A stretch of DNA of 64,000 nucleotides from Capsulimonadaceae bacterium (lineage in GTDB: Bacteria; Armatimonadota; Armatimonadia; Armatimonadales; Capsulimonadaceae): positions 2,880,001 to 2,944,000 of the forward strand of contig OZ244065.1 of the NCBI GenBank assembly GCA_965215505.1, in the 5' to 3' direction. A program made the position numbers and the translations under genes. The stretch's first letter is position 1. Each line of letters opens with the position of its first letter. Of the stretch, positions 1-10,302 are shown piece by piece. The notes beneath the pieces are model-generated. The model did no database searches. It had not been told where the DNA came from and was given only the letters and a program-made list of their open reading frames with translations.

Positions 1-1
1 G

Positions 2-238
2 GTCTACGGGGCGGACAGGCCGGGCATCGTCCACGCGGTCGCCTCGCACCTGGCCGCGCGCGGCATCAACATCACGGACATGGACACGCGCCTGGCGGGG
101 ACGGCCGCGTCGCCGGTCTATGTCATGCTGCTGGAGGCGGTCGCCGGGGACGCCGATTTGACCAATGACCTGGCCGCCTTGCGCCGGGAATTGGGCGTGG
201 ACATCAGCGCGCAGCCGCTCGATACGGAGGCGCTGTAG
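2..238 (+). CDS. ACT-domain protein (GcvR-like), 5' truncated by window edge
   Basis: Frame 2 reads VYGADRPGIVHAVASHLAARGINITDMDTRL...TEAL* (GxDRPGIV ACT signature); stop 5 nt before def. Confidence 0.75.
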   Translation, partial: VYGADRPGIVHAVASHLAARGINITDMDTRLAGTAASPVYVMLLEAVAGDADLTNDLAALRRELGVDISAQPLDTEAL

Positions 239-243
239 CCCCC

Positions 244-759
244 ATGTCCGCCCGGCCCATCGTCTACTACCCCGACCCGCGCCTCAAAACCGTCTGCGCC
301 GACGCCCCCGACATCACGGACGATCTGCGCGATGCCGCCCAGGATTTGATAGACACGATGGACGCCGGGCCGCCGCGCACGGTGGGGATCGCCGCGCCGC
401 AGATCGGGATTTTGTCGCGGCTCGCCGTCGTGGACACTTCGCGCAACCCCAAGCACCCCGGCGGCCACGGGCTGCTGGTCCTGGTCAACCCCCGGATCGT
501 CACCCATGAGGGCGAGCAGTTCTTCCGGGAGGGCTGCCTGAGCCTGCCGGACTATACGGCCAACATCCGTCGGTTCCAGAGCGTCACGGTGGAGGCTTTG
601 GGCCTGGACGGCGAGCCGCTGTCGGTGGAAGCGGAGGGGTTTGAGGCGGTGGTCTTGCAGCACGAGATTGACCACCTGGACGGGGTCCTGTTCCTGGACC
701 GGGTGGCGAACATGAAGACGGATTTGTTCCGGAGGAAGGACGGACGGCCCCGGACATGA
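244..759 (+). CDS. def: Peptide deformylase
   Basis: Motifs GIAAPQIG, EGCLS, QHEIDHLDG. Confidence 0.95.
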   Translation: MSARPIVYYPDPRLKTVCADAPDITDDLRDAAQDLIDTMDAGPPRTVGIAAPQIGILSRLAVVDTSRNPKHPGGHGLLVLVNPRIVTHEGEQFFREGCLSLPDYTANIRRFQSVTVEALGLDGEPLSVEAEGFEAVVLQHEIDHLDGVLFLDRVANMKTDLFRRKDGRPRT

Positions 760-787
760 ATGGCCGGGGCCGATGCGCCGGGTTCGC

Positions 788-2680
788 CTACCGCCGCACC
801 TCCTCCGACCCTTCACCCTCCCCCGCCGGCTCCGACCGGCCGCCGAGATACTGCGCCAGGAAGGCCTCGGCGGCGGCGTAGAACTTGCGGTTGTTCTCGG
901 GGCGGGCGAACCCGTGGCCCTCGTCGGGGAAGACCAGATACTCCACGGGCAGGCCGCCCGCGCGCATCGCCTCCACGATCTGGTCGCTCTCGGCCTGTTT
1001 GACGCGCGGGTCGTTGGCCCCCTGGGCGATCAGCAATGGCTTGGTGATCCGGTGGGCGGAAAAGAGCGGCGAGCGCGATTGCAGGAAGTCGGTTTCCTCG
1101 GGGCGGCCCATGCGCTTGTAGAACTGCGCGACGATCGGTGCCCAGTAGGGCGGGATGGTTTGCAGCAGGGTGAGCAGGTTGGACGGGCCGACGATGTCCA
1201 CGCCGCAGACGAACTCCTCCGGCGTGAAGGCAAGGCCCGCCAGGGTGGCATAGCCGCCGTAGGAGCCGCCCATGATGGCGACCTTCTGCGGGTCCGCGTA
1301 GCCCTGGGCGATGGCCCACGCCTTGCCGTCCAGCAGGTCGGTGTGCATCGCCGCCCCCCACTCCCGGTCCCCGGCGTTCACATACGCCTTGCCGTAGCCG
1401 GTCGAGCCGCGGAAGTTGATCTGCAAGACGGCATAACCCCGGTTCGCCAGCATCTGCACCCCCGCGCTGTAGCCCCAGACGTCGCGCGCCCAGGGGCCGC
1501 CGTGGACCACCAGGACGAGCGGCAAGTTTTTCGGTTCAAGCCCGACCGGCAGGGTGAGGTAGCCGTGAAGGCCCATGCCGTCGCGGGCAGTGAACTCGAC
1601 CGGCTGCATGCGCGCGAGCGCGTAGTCGTCCAAGGCGGGTTGCGTGGAGAAAAGGAACGTCGCGGCCTTTGTGCTGCGGTCGTAGGCGTAATACAGGACG
1701 GGGCCGTCGTCCACGAGGTAGAAGACGATCCAGGTCTTGTCGGCGAGGTCGCGGCTGACCACCGACCAGTCGCCGTCCCGCACGGCGGCCAGCGCCTGGA
1801 AGTCGGCCTCCAAAGCTGGGTCCAGGGCGGTCCATTCGCGTCGGGCGCGGACGAACTGGACGGCCTCCAGGGTGTGCGTCCTAGGGTGGCGCATCGTCCC
1901 GGCGACGTCATAGGCGTCGTCCTCGGCGATCACGCGGCTTTCGCCGGTGTCCAGGTCGGTTTCCAGCAGCCGGGCGGCATTGGCGTCCACGCTGCTGACC
2001 AGCAGGACATGTTTGTTGTCCGGCGTGAAGCCCGAAATGCCACCGCCCGTCTCGTCCGGCCCCCACTTTTGGAAGACGCGCCAGGGCGCCCCGGCCTCGT
2101 CCCGGACGCGAATCTCGGTCCCGCCGTCGGGGAGCTGCACCTGGGCGGCGCGCACCTGGAGGGCGTTGTCAGCGGAGAAGCCGGACACGTCGCCGGGGTT
2201 CTCAGTGTCCAGGGTCAGGACGCGCGTCGTCAGGTCCAAGCGGTAGACGTCGAACAGGCGCGGGTCGCGCTTGTTGAGGCTGACCAGCAGGGTGTCGGGA
2301 AAGTTCGGGTCGGAGGCCAGCGGCAGGGCGCGGACGCCGGGGAAGGGCGTCAGGTCTTCGGTGGCGCGCGTCGCGACATCGGTCTGGTAGAGGTGGAAGT
2401 TCTCGTCACCGCCCGTGTCCTGCATGTAGAGGACGTGCGCGCTGTCCTGTTGCCAGAAGAAGGAGCGGATGCCGCGCAGATTGTCGTCGGTGACGACCCG
2501 GTCGTCCTCCGACCCGAGCGTCCGCACCCAGACGTTCAGTACGCCGTCTTGGGGCGCGAGATAGGCGAGATGTTTGCCGTCGGGCGAGACCTGCGGGCTT
2601 GCTTTCTCCGGGTTGCCGAACAGGACGGCGCGCGGGATCAGCGGCGGAAGATGGGCCAGTTGGGCCTCGTCAAGAGCCAT
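788..2680 (-). CDS. S9 family (prolyl oligopeptidase/acylaminoacyl) peptidase
   Basis: VHGGPW, GGSYGG nucleophile elbow, ANDPRV Asp, DEGHG His; N-terminal beta-propeller. Confidence 0.92.
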   Translation of the reverse strand: MALDEAQLAHLPPLIPRAVLFGNPEKASPQVSPDGKHLAYLAPQDGVLNVWVRTLGSEDDRVVTDDNLRGIRSFFWQQDSAHVLYMQDTGGDENFHLYQTDVATRATEDLTPFPGVRALPLASDPNFPDTLLVSLNKRDPRLFDVYRLDLTTRVLTLDTENPGDVSGFSADNALQVRAAQVQLPDGGTEIRVRDEAGAPWRVFQKWGPDETGGGISGFTPDNKHVLLVSSVDANAARLLETDLDTGESRVIAEDDAYDVAGTMRHPRTHTLEAVQFVRARREWTALDPALEADFQALAAVRDGDWSVVSRDLADKTWIVFYLVDDGPVLYYAYDRSTKAATFLFSTQPALDDYALARMQPVEFTARDGMGLHGYLTLPVGLEPKNLPLVLVVHGGPWARDVWGYSAGVQMLANRGYAVLQINFRGSTGYGKAYVNAGDREWGAAMHTDLLDGKAWAIAQGYADPQKVAIMGGSYGGYATLAGLAFTPEEFVCGVDIVGPSNLLTLLQTIPPYWAPIVAQFYKRMGRPEETDFLQSRSPLFSAHRITKPLLIAQGANDPRVKQAESDQIVEAMRAGGLPVEYLVFPDEGHGFARPENNRKFYAAAEAFLAQYLGGRSEPAGEGEGSEEVRR

Positions 2681-2741
2681 AATCGTGTTCTCCTTGCCGG
2701 GCTAGTTCCCCGGCAGATGCTTCGAATCCTGCCGCCGGGTT

Positions 2742-2940
2742 CGAACCATGCGTTGAAACGCACGGCTATTCAGCCTGCGGCTAGGAAGCACCGCTTCTGC
2801 ACTGGCAGACTGCCCCAATAACTGAGACGCGGAGGGCGCGGGGCTAAGAAAAGTGTTCCCAGTGCCGCGAAGCGGTACTTCTTGGCGTCCGCGCCGTCTA
2901 GCCGCAGGCTGAATAGCCGTGCGTTTCAACGCATGGTTCG
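2742..2940. repeat. REPIN/MITE-like inverted-repeat element
   Basis: Perfect 43-bp inverted repeat 2742-2784 / 2898-2940 plus an inner imperfect IR ~2785-2805 / 2859-2881. Confidence 0.8.
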
Positions 2941-3022
2941 GAGAAGCCCGCAGTGACGTGCCATCGCCCTGCGGGTATAATAGCGCCATTCTCAGCGTAT
3001 TCCTAGACTGGAGAACACTAAT

Positions 3023-3613
3023 TTGACGAGTCTCACAATGGCCCAGGCCGTCTGGCCGCGCCGTGCCGATGACCGGGCGGCGGCCTGGGGGCGGGATGCG
3101 TTTCTTGCCCTCGCTTTCAGCTTGCTGACCGCGCTGTCGGCGCAGGCAGTCATCCCCCTGCCCTTCACGCCGGTTCCCATCACCGGCCAGACCTTCGCCG
3201 TGCTGCTGACCGGTGCCCTGCTCGGCCCGCACCTCGGTGCCGTGACATTAGTGCTGTACCTGCTGGAAGGCGGGATGGGCCTGCCCTTCTTCGCCCACGG
3301 CGCGGCAGGCGCGGCGCGTTTCGCCGGGCCGACCGGGGGTTATCTGCTCTCCTACCCCTTCGCCGCCGCCCTCGTCGGCGGGCTGGCCCAGCGCGGCTGG
3401 GACCGCAAGCCTGTCACCATGCTGGCGGCGATGCTGCTCGGGTCGGTCGTCGTCTTCGCCCTGGGCGCGGGCTGGCTGGCCCATTTCGTCGGCGCTTCCC
3501 ACGCCCTCACAGCCGGCGTCCTGCCCTTCCTGCCGGGCGACGCCATGAAGGCATTGCTGGCGGCGGGGCTGGTGCCGCTGGGGTGGAAGTGGATCGGGGC
3601 GAAGCGTGGGTGA
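3023..3613 (+). CDS. bioY: Biotin transporter BioY
   Basis: PFTPVPITGQTFAV, GPTGGYLLSYP, LPFLPGDAMK; GGAGA RBS before TTG 3023 (ATG 3038 alternative). Confidence 0.93.
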   Translation: MTSLTMAQAVWPRRADDRAAAWGRDAFLALAFSLLTALSAQAVIPLPFTPVPITGQTFAVLLTGALLGPHLGAVTLVLYLLEGGMGLPFFAHGAAGAARFAGPTGGYLLSYPFAAALVGGLAQRGWDRKPVTMLAAMLLGSVVVFALGAGWLAHFVGASHALTAGVLPFLPGDAMKALLAAGLVPLGWKWIGAKRG

Positions 3614-4538
3614 AGTCGTCCGCATCGGCACGCGCGGCTCCAAGCTCGCCCTCGCCCAGACTGATTGGGTGGCGGACGCTTTGCGGGCCGCCCACCCCGG
3701 CCTTACAATCGAGACGCGCGTCATCGGGACGCGCGGGGACGCCTCGCAGGCCGCGAACGTCCCGCTGTCGTCGTTCGGTGAGAAGGGTATTTTCGCCAAG
3801 GAACTCGAAACCGCCCTGCAAGCGGGCGAGATAGACCTCGCAGTCCACTCGATGAAGGACCTGGAACACACCCTCCCCGACGGCCTGGTCATCGCCGCCG
3901 TCCCGCCCCGCGAGGACCCGCGCGACGCGCTCGTCGGCTCCACTCTGGACGCCCTGCCCCTCGGCGCAAAGGTCGGCACGGGCAGCGTCCGCCGCCGCGC
4001 CCTGCTGCTCTCCCGCCGCCCCGACTTGGAGCTATTAGAGATACGCGGCAACATTGACACCCGCCTCCGCAAGTGGCGCGAGGGCCAGTACGACGCCATC
4101 TGCCTGGCCGTGGCGGGCCTGAATAGATTGGGATTGCAGGAGAACATCGCCGAAATATTGGACCCGGACTGGTTCACCCCCGACCCCGGCCAGGGCGCGC
4201 TGGCGATTGAGATACGGGACGGCGACCAGCGGCTGCGGGACCTGACGATCAGCCTCAACCACGGGCCGACCTGGTACGCGGTCCTGGCGGAACGCTCGTT
4301 CCTGCGGCACATCGGCGGGAGCTGCAAGACGCCCGTCGGCGCGTTCGCGACCCTGGATATGGCCGCCCCTGTGAAGCTGCTGACGCTGACCGGCATAGTC
4401 GCCGCGCCGGACGGCACGACGATTCTGCGCCAGTCCGCCGCCAAGTTCTACGGCAGCAGCGAGTGGCTGGGGCAGGAGGTCGGGGAGGGCCTACGCGCTC
4501 AGGGCGCAGGGCGGCTGCTGACGGGGAAGGGTGAATGA
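3606..4538 (+). CDS. hemC: Hydroxymethylbilane synthase (porphobilinogen deaminase)
   Basis: IGTRGSKLALAQ, AVHSMKD, RGNIDTRLRK, GGSC cofactor Cys. Confidence 0.96.
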   Translation: MGEVVRIGTRGSKLALAQTDWVADALRAAHPGLTIETRVIGTRGDASQAANVPLSSFGEKGIFAKELETALQAGEIDLAVHSMKDLEHTLPDGLVIAAVPPREDPRDALVGSTLDALPLGAKVGTGSVRRRALLLSRRPDLELLEIRGNIDTRLRKWREGQYDAICLAVAGLNRLGLQENIAEILDPDWFTPDPGQGALAIEIRDGDQRLRDLTISLNHGPTWYAVLAERSFLRHIGGSCKTPVGAFATLDMAAPVKLLTLTGIVAAPDGTTILRQSAAKFYGSSEWLGQEVGEGLRAQGAGRLLTGKGE

Positions 4539-4569
4539 AGGCGGGTGGGACCGGCCCGCGACCGACCCA

Positions 4570-4860
4570 GCCCTGAATGGCCGGTCTATTCCCGGCTGCG
4601 CCGGTGGGCCGCCCGCTTCGGGGCTTCGGAGGGACAAGGCCGAGAAGGAAGAAGGGCCGGGGAGGGCCGGGGGACCCGGCTCCTACAGGGGAGGCGTCAT
4701 TGACAGCTTCACTCGGGCCTCGTAGGGGCGCCGCTTGCCGCGCCCCTACGAAACCCGGAGGACGTTATCCGGCAGCAATATCCGAAGCCCCGAAGGGGCG
4801 GCCCACCGGCGAAGCCGGGAGTACCCCAATAAAACCCTAGACCGGCCCTTCAGGGCCGGT
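4570..4860. repeat. REPIN/BIME-like cluster with nested GTAG REPs
   Basis: ~41-bp IR 4590-4630 / 4781-4820, terminal hairpins ending CTA, internal GTAGGGGCG hairpin 4721-4750; related copy at 12148-12410. Confidence 0.75.
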
Positions 4861-4922
4861 GGCATTCTTGCAGCAGGAGGATTCGCGCCCAACGTCGAAC
4901 AGCCACCGTCAAAGGTGTAACG

Positions 4923-6893
4923 ATGAAGAAACATGCCCTCTTGATGTGCCTCTCGCTTGCGGCGTTCCTGCTGCCCCACAGTCGGGCACATGCCCAGGCA
5001 CCCTCCCCGCCTGCCGCCCCCGCCCCACCCCCGACGGTCGCCGCGCCGCCCGCACCGGTCACGTTGCGGATAGACCTGGGGCACCCCGGCGCGCGCGTCA
5101 GCCCGATGCTGTACGGGCTGATGACCGAGGAGATCAACCACGCCTATGACGGCGGGCTGTACGCCGAACTCCTCCAGAACCGGCAGTTCCAGGACGACCT
5201 CGCGACCCCCCTCCATTGGAGTCTGGTGCAGGGCGGCGGATCGGGGAGCATCACTTTGGATACGACCCAGCCGCTCAATGCCGCCCAGCCGGTTAGCCTG
5301 AAGCTGACGGTCGGGGCGGCGGGGGCGCGGGTCGGGGTCGCCAATGACGGCTTCTGGGGCATCCCCGTCCGGCCCGCCACGCGCTACCGGGCCACGTTCT
5401 TCGCCCGCGCAGATTCGGGCTTTTCCGGGCCGCTGACTGTGAGCATCGAGAGTGCCGATGGGGCCACCGTTTACGCGCGGGGGCAGGTGGCGAAAGTCTC
5501 CCAGGACTGGAAGCAGTACACGGTTTCGCTCACGACCGGGCGGGTCGCCCCGACGCAGGCGGCCCGGTTCGTCCTCTCCGCCGCCGCTCCGGGCACGGTC
5601 CGGTTCAGCCTGGTGTCGCTGTTCCCACCGACCTACAACGACCGGCCTAATGGCAACCGGGTGGACCTGATGCAGAAGCTGGCCGCCATGCGTCCCGCCT
5701 TCCTGCGCCTGCCCGGCGGCGACTATCTAGAGGGCGAAACCATCGCCACGCGCTTCGACTGGAAGAAGACGGTCGGCCCGCTGGAGGGCCGGCCCGGTCA
5801 CCTCGGCCCGTGGAGCTACCGGTCTTCCGACGGCCTCGGCCTGCTGGAATATCTGGAATGGTGCGAGGACCTGAAGATGGAGCCGCTGCTGGCCGTCTAC
5901 GCCGGGTACTCGCGCTTCCGCCACAAGAACCCGAACCCCGAGGCCGTCGCGCCCGGTCCCGCCCTCCAGCCCTATGTGCAGGACGCCCTGGACGAGATCG
6001 AGTACACGACGGGCGACACGCACACCAAATGGGGCGCGGAGCGGGCGCGCGACGGACACCCGGCCCGCTTCCCGCTGCACTACGTCGAGATCGGCAACGA
6101 GGACTTTTTCGACAAGGCCGGGACCTATGACGGCCGGTTCGCGCAGTTCTTTGACGCCATCCGGGCCGCCTATCCGAAGCTACAACTGATCGCGACCACC
6201 AAGGTCGGCAGCAGAACGCCCGACCTGGTGGACGACCATTTTTACCGCCAGGCGGTCGGATTTGAAAAGGACGTCCACCACTACGACGACGCCCGCCGGA
6301 CCGGCCCGAAGGTGCTGGTCGGCGAGTGGGCCACCCGCGAGGGGACGCCGACGCCCGACATGAACGCCGCGCTGGGAGACGCCGCCTGGATGACCGGCAT
6401 GGAGCGCAACGCGGACGTCGTGGTGATGGCCTCCTACGCCCCCCTGCTGGTGAACGTCAACCCCGGCGCGCGCCAGTGGCGGCCGGACCTGATCGGCTAC
6501 GACGCCCTGACGAGCTACGGCTCACCGTCGTACTATGCCCAGAAGATGTTCCGCGACTTCCTGGGTGATGTCATCATCCCGGCCACCTTGGACGCGGGCG
6601 ACACCGTCTTCGAGAGCGTCACCCGCGACAGCCGGACGGGGGCGCTCTTCGTCAAGCTGGTCAACCCCGCCGGGACCGCCCAGGCCGTCCATGTGACCCT
6701 GACCGGCGCGCGGTCCGTCTCCCCGACCGGCACGGCGACGGTGCTGAGTGGGAGCGGCCCGACCGACACCAACACGATCACCGACCCGGTCCACATCGTG
6801 CCGGTCACGTCCCCCCTGAGCGGCCTGGGGCCGGACTTTGACACCCGCCTCCCGCCGTACTCGATCACCGTGTTCCAGATGCAGACGAAATGA
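4923..6893 (+). CDS. Secreted alpha-L-arabinofuranosidase, GH51 with CBM4/9-like module
   Basis: Signal peptide; EEINHAYDGGLYAELLQNR, FLRLPGG, EIGNED acid/base, VGEW nucleophile. Confidence 0.9.
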   Translation: MKKHALLMCLSLAAFLLPHSRAHAQAPSPPAAPAPPPTVAAPPAPVTLRIDLGHPGARVSPMLYGLMTEEINHAYDGGLYAELLQNRQFQDDLATPLHWSLVQGGGSGSITLDTTQPLNAAQPVSLKLTVGAAGARVGVANDGFWGIPVRPATRYRATFFARADSGFSGPLTVSIESADGATVYARGQVAKVSQDWKQYTVSLTTGRVAPTQAARFVLSAAAPGTVRFSLVSLFPPTYNDRPNGNRVDLMQKLAAMRPAFLRLPGGDYLEGETIATRFDWKKTVGPLEGRPGHLGPWSYRSSDGLGLLEYLEWCEDLKMEPLLAVYAGYSRFRHKNPNPEAVAPGPALQPYVQDALDEIEYTTGDTHTKWGAERARDGHPARFPLHYVEIGNEDFFDKAGTYDGRFAQFFDAIRAAYPKLQLIATTKVGSRTPDLVDDHFYRQAVGFEKDVHHYDDARRTGPKVLVGEWATREGTPTPDMNAALGDAAWMTGMERNADVVVMASYAPLLVNVNPGARQWRPDLIGYDALTSYGSPSYYAQKMFRDFLGDVIIPATLDAGDTVFESVTRDSRTGALFVKLVNPAGTAQAVHVTLTGARSVSPTGTATVLSGSGPTDTNTITDPVHIVPVTSPLSGLGPDFDTRLPPYSITVFQMQTK

Positions 6894-8515
6894 AGGCAGC
6901 AAAGATGAGAAGCAGAGCAGGCAAGACACTCTCCTATGGCATCGCGCTCGCCTTCGCGCTTGCCGCCCGGAGCGGGGCGCAGGTGAGTCCGGGCACGACG
7001 CCCGAAATGGCGACAATCGCCGCCGCCGCCAAACCCGCTCTCCCGACCGGGCCGGTCAAGCCGACCTGGCAGTCCATCGGGGACAATTACAAGACGCCCG
7101 AGTGGTTCCGGGACGCCAAGTTCGGCATCTTCATGCATTGGGGCCTGTACGCGGTGCCCGCCCACGGCAGCGAGTGGTACGTCCGGTACATGTACGGCAA
7201 TCCCGCGTTCACCAAGTGGCACACTGACCACTATGGGCCGCCCGACAAGTTCGGCTACAAGGATTTCATTCCGCTCTTTACCGCCGCCAAGTGGGACCCC
7301 GACGCCTGGGCCACGCTGTTCAAGAGGGCGGGCGCGAAATACGTCATCCCCACTGCCGAGCATCACGACGGGTTCGCCCTGTGGGACAGCGACCTGACGC
7401 CGTGGAACGCGAAGAAGATGGGGCCGAGGCGCGACCTGATCGGCGACCTGTCCAAAGCCGTCCGAAAGCAGGGACTCAAGTTCGGCGTGTCCAGCCACCG
7501 GATGAACCACTACGACTTCATCCAGCCCACGCCCGGCCTGAAGACCGACCTCCTGGACCCACGCTATGACGACTTTTATTGGGTGGGGAACCACAGCGAC
7601 GCGCGCTACGAGCAGTTCATGGCCGACTGGGTGGCGCGAAGCTGCGAACTGATAGACAAGTACCAGCCGGACATGCTCTGGTATGACATGGGCGGGGACA
7701 GCCGGGTGCAGGACGCGATCAAGACGAAGGTGGCCGCCTACTACTACGACCGGGCCAGGATGTGGGGCAAAGAGGTCTCGATCAGCGCGAAGGGCGAGGC
7801 GTTCCTGACCGGCAGCGTCATGGACTACGAGCGCGAGGGGCGCGCGCCGCTGGAGCTGACCGACTACGCCTGGCAGGCGGACGACCCCATCGGCAACAAG
7901 TTCGGCTATGTGGAGGGGATGCAGCTTGCGAACGCGGGGACGCTTGTGATGCGTCTTGTTGAGAACACCAGCAAGAACGGCAGCCTGCTGCTGAACATCT
8001 CGCCCCGTGCCGACGGCACCATCCCGCAGGAGCAGCAGGACATTCTGCTCGGCATCGGAGAGTGGCTGGACGTCAACGGCGAGGCCATTTACGGGACGCG
8101 GCCCTGGGTGAAGTACGGGGAAGGTGCCGCCGCCCAGACGATGACGCAGATCCGGGCGGCGGGCTTCGCCGGGCGCACCAACGAGAAGAACCTGGGCGGA
8201 ACGCTGGTGGCGGGGGGCGGCGTCCCGCGCCACGGCTACACGGCCCAGGACTTCCGCTTCACCACGAAGGGCGACACGCTCTACGCGCTGGGCATGGCCT
8301 GGCCGGGGGCGTCGGCACTCGTCACGTCGCTTGCAGCGGGGGACGCCGGGCCGGGGAAGGTCCAGCGGGTGGAATTGCTGGGGCACGCGGGCGCGCTCCT
8401 GTTCAACCAGGACGCGGGCGGCCTAAAGGTGACGCTGCCCGCCGAAAGGCCCTGCGACTACGCCTATACCCTGAAAATCACCGGATCAGCACTGCACACG
8501 AAGGGAACCACCTGA
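6890..8515 (+). CDS. Alpha-L-fucosidase, GH29
   Basis: WFRDAKFGIFMHWG, EHHDGF, LWYD nucleophile, LLLNISPRADG; ATGA overlap with GH51. Confidence 0.92.
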   Translation: MKAAKMRSRAGKTLSYGIALAFALAARSGAQVSPGTTPEMATIAAAAKPALPTGPVKPTWQSIGDNYKTPEWFRDAKFGIFMHWGLYAVPAHGSEWYVRYMYGNPAFTKWHTDHYGPPDKFGYKDFIPLFTAAKWDPDAWATLFKRAGAKYVIPTAEHHDGFALWDSDLTPWNAKKMGPRRDLIGDLSKAVRKQGLKFGVSSHRMNHYDFIQPTPGLKTDLLDPRYDDFYWVGNHSDARYEQFMADWVARSCELIDKYQPDMLWYDMGGDSRVQDAIKTKVAAYYYDRARMWGKEVSISAKGEAFLTGSVMDYEREGRAPLELTDYAWQADDPIGNKFGYVEGMQLANAGTLVMRLVENTSKNGSLLLNISPRADGTIPQEQQDILLGIGEWLDVNGEAIYGTRPWVKYGEGAAAQTMTQIRAAGFAGRTNEKNLGGTLVAGGGVPRHGYTAQDFRFTTKGDTLYALGMAWPGASALVTSLAAGDAGPGKVQRVELLGHAGALLFNQDAGGLKVTLPAERPCDYAYTLKITGSALHTKGTT

Positions 8516-10215
8516 TGCGAACGAAGATCAACCGACGGACACTACGGACGCTGGCGGCGGCGCTGGCGGCGGTGGGTGCCGCCGCGCCAAGCGCTTGCGC
8601 CCAGACAGTCCCACCCCCCGCCCTCGCAGCGCCGACAGCCGCGGACGACACCGCCCGGCAGCTCGGCGCGGGCGGGAACAGTGCGGGCTATGACATGGCC
8701 CCCGAGACCCGCATCGAGGTCGTCCAGGCCGCCGTCGCGGCCATCCCGGAGAAGCTGCCCGCCGGGCCGGTCAAGCCGACCTGGGAGTCGCTCCAGGCGA
8801 ACTACACGGCCCCGGCATGGTTCCGGGATGCCAAGTTCGGCATCTTCATGCACTGGGGGCTGTACACCGTGCCCGCGCACGGGAACGAGTGGTACGAGCA
8901 GCATCTATACGGCAACGCGCCCACCCTCCAGTGGCACACGAAGCATTTCGGGCCGGTTGACAAGTTCGGCTACAAGGACTTCATCCCCCTGTTCACGGCC
9001 TCCAAATGGGACCCCGACGCCTGGGCCACGCTGTTCAAGAAGGCGGGCGCGAAGTACGTCATCCCCACAGCCGAGCATCATGAGAACTTCGCGCTGTGGG
9101 ACAGCGCGGTCGCCCCGTGGAACGCCAAGGCGATGGGGCCGAAGCGCGACCTGATCGGCGACCTGTCCAAAGCCGTCCGTCGGCAGGGACTCAAGTTCGG
9201 CGTGTCCAACCACGGCATCGAGAACTTCCAGTTCATCCATCCGGACTCCTCCGCCGCCTCCCGCGCGCTGATGGCCGACCTGAAGGCGAAGGGGGCGGAC
9301 ATCTACGACCCGAAATGGGAAACCTTCTATAACGTCGCGGACCGCAGCGACGCCGCCTGCCAGCGGTTCCTCACCAACTGGGCCGAGCGGAACGTCGAGC
9401 TGATAGACAAGTACCAGCCGGACATGCTCTGGTTTGACAACGGCGTGGACCAGCGCTATCTCGACCCGCTCAAGCTCTGGGTGGCCGCCTACTACTATGA
9501 CCGGGCCAGGACGTGGGGCAAAGAGGTTTCAATCAGCACCAAGAAGGCGGCCTACGCGCCCAGCGGCACGAACCTCCAGACCATCGGCTCGGTCATTGAC
9601 TTCGAAAAAATCGGCGCGCGCTCTCCCGGCGGCATCCGCCCCGGCGCGTGGCAGGTGGACCAGCCCATCGGCAGCACCTGGGGCTACACCAGCGACATGC
9701 GCGTCTCGGGGCCGGGGACGATCATCGGCAGCCTGGCCGACACGGTCAGCAAGAACGGGAACCTGCTGCTGAACATCTCGCCGATGCCTGACGGGACCAT
9801 CCCGCAGGAGCAGCAGGATACTTTACTTGCCGTCGGCAAGTGGCTGGACGTCAACGGCGAGGCGATCTACGGCACGCACGCCTGGACGAAGTTCGGCGAA
9901 ACCGTCCCGCGCGGGCAGCCCGGCCTGAACGTCCGCTTCACGGTCAAGGGCGACGCCCTCTACGCGATCATCCTCGGGCCATGGCCCGGCACCGAAGCGG
10001 TTGTCGCGTCACTCGCGACAGGCCCAGCGCCTGGGGGGAAGATCACAAACGTCACCATGCTCGGCAGCCCGGACAGGCTGACCTTCACCCAGGACGCGGC
10101 GGGCCTGAAGGTGGAGCTGCCCAGAGCCGCGCCGTGCCAATACGGCTATACCCTCAAGATCACGGGCCTGCGGATGAACCCCTCGCTGTGGACGGCCTCG
10201 GGCAACCCCCAATAG
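8515..10215 (+). CDS. Alpha-L-fucosidase, GH29 (second paralogue)
   Basis: Start ATG overlaps previous stop (TGATG); signal MRTKINRRTL...ACA; WFRDAKFGIFMHWG, EHHENF, LWFD. Confidence 0.92.
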   Translation: MRTKINRRTLRTLAAALAAVGAAAPSACAQTVPPPALAAPTAADDTARQLGAGGNSAGYDMAPETRIEVVQAAVAAIPEKLPAGPVKPTWESLQANYTAPAWFRDAKFGIFMHWGLYTVPAHGNEWYEQHLYGNAPTLQWHTKHFGPVDKFGYKDFIPLFTASKWDPDAWATLFKKAGAKYVIPTAEHHENFALWDSAVAPWNAKAMGPKRDLIGDLSKAVRRQGLKFGVSNHGIENFQFIHPDSSAASRALMADLKAKGADIYDPKWETFYNVADRSDAACQRFLTNWAERNVELIDKYQPDMLWFDNGVDQRYLDPLKLWVAAYYYDRARTWGKEVSISTKKAAYAPSGTNLQTIGSVIDFEKIGARSPGGIRPGAWQVDQPIGSTWGYTSDMRVSGPGTIIGSLADTVSKNGNLLLNISPMPDGTIPQEQQDTLLAVGKWLDVNGEAIYGTHAWTKFGETVPRGQPGLNVRFTVKGDALYAIILGPWPGTEAVVASLATGPAPGGKITNVTMLGSPDRLTFTQDAAGLKVELPRAAPCQYGYTLKITGLRMNPSLWTASGNPQ

Positions 10216-10237
10216 GGTGACGAAGTGGGGCAGACGG

Positions 10238-10273
10238 AAAAAGAGCAGGGGATCATGTCCCCTGCTCCTTTTT
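10238..10273. terminator. Bidirectional intrinsic terminator
   Basis: AAAAA-GAGCAGGGGA-tcatg-TCCCCTGCTC-CTTTTT between convergent genes. Confidence 0.8.
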
Positions 10274-10302
10274 CTTTGGAATGCCGCGCGCTGATCGCCC
10301 CC

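Noticed and set aside
773-2821. Long antisense ORFs (773-2821, 6533-8386, 12003-13988, 34114-35745, 48851-50482, 58934-60460 and similar)
   Set aside because: Shadow frames of well-supported genes, expected in high-GC DNA; no recognisable motifs
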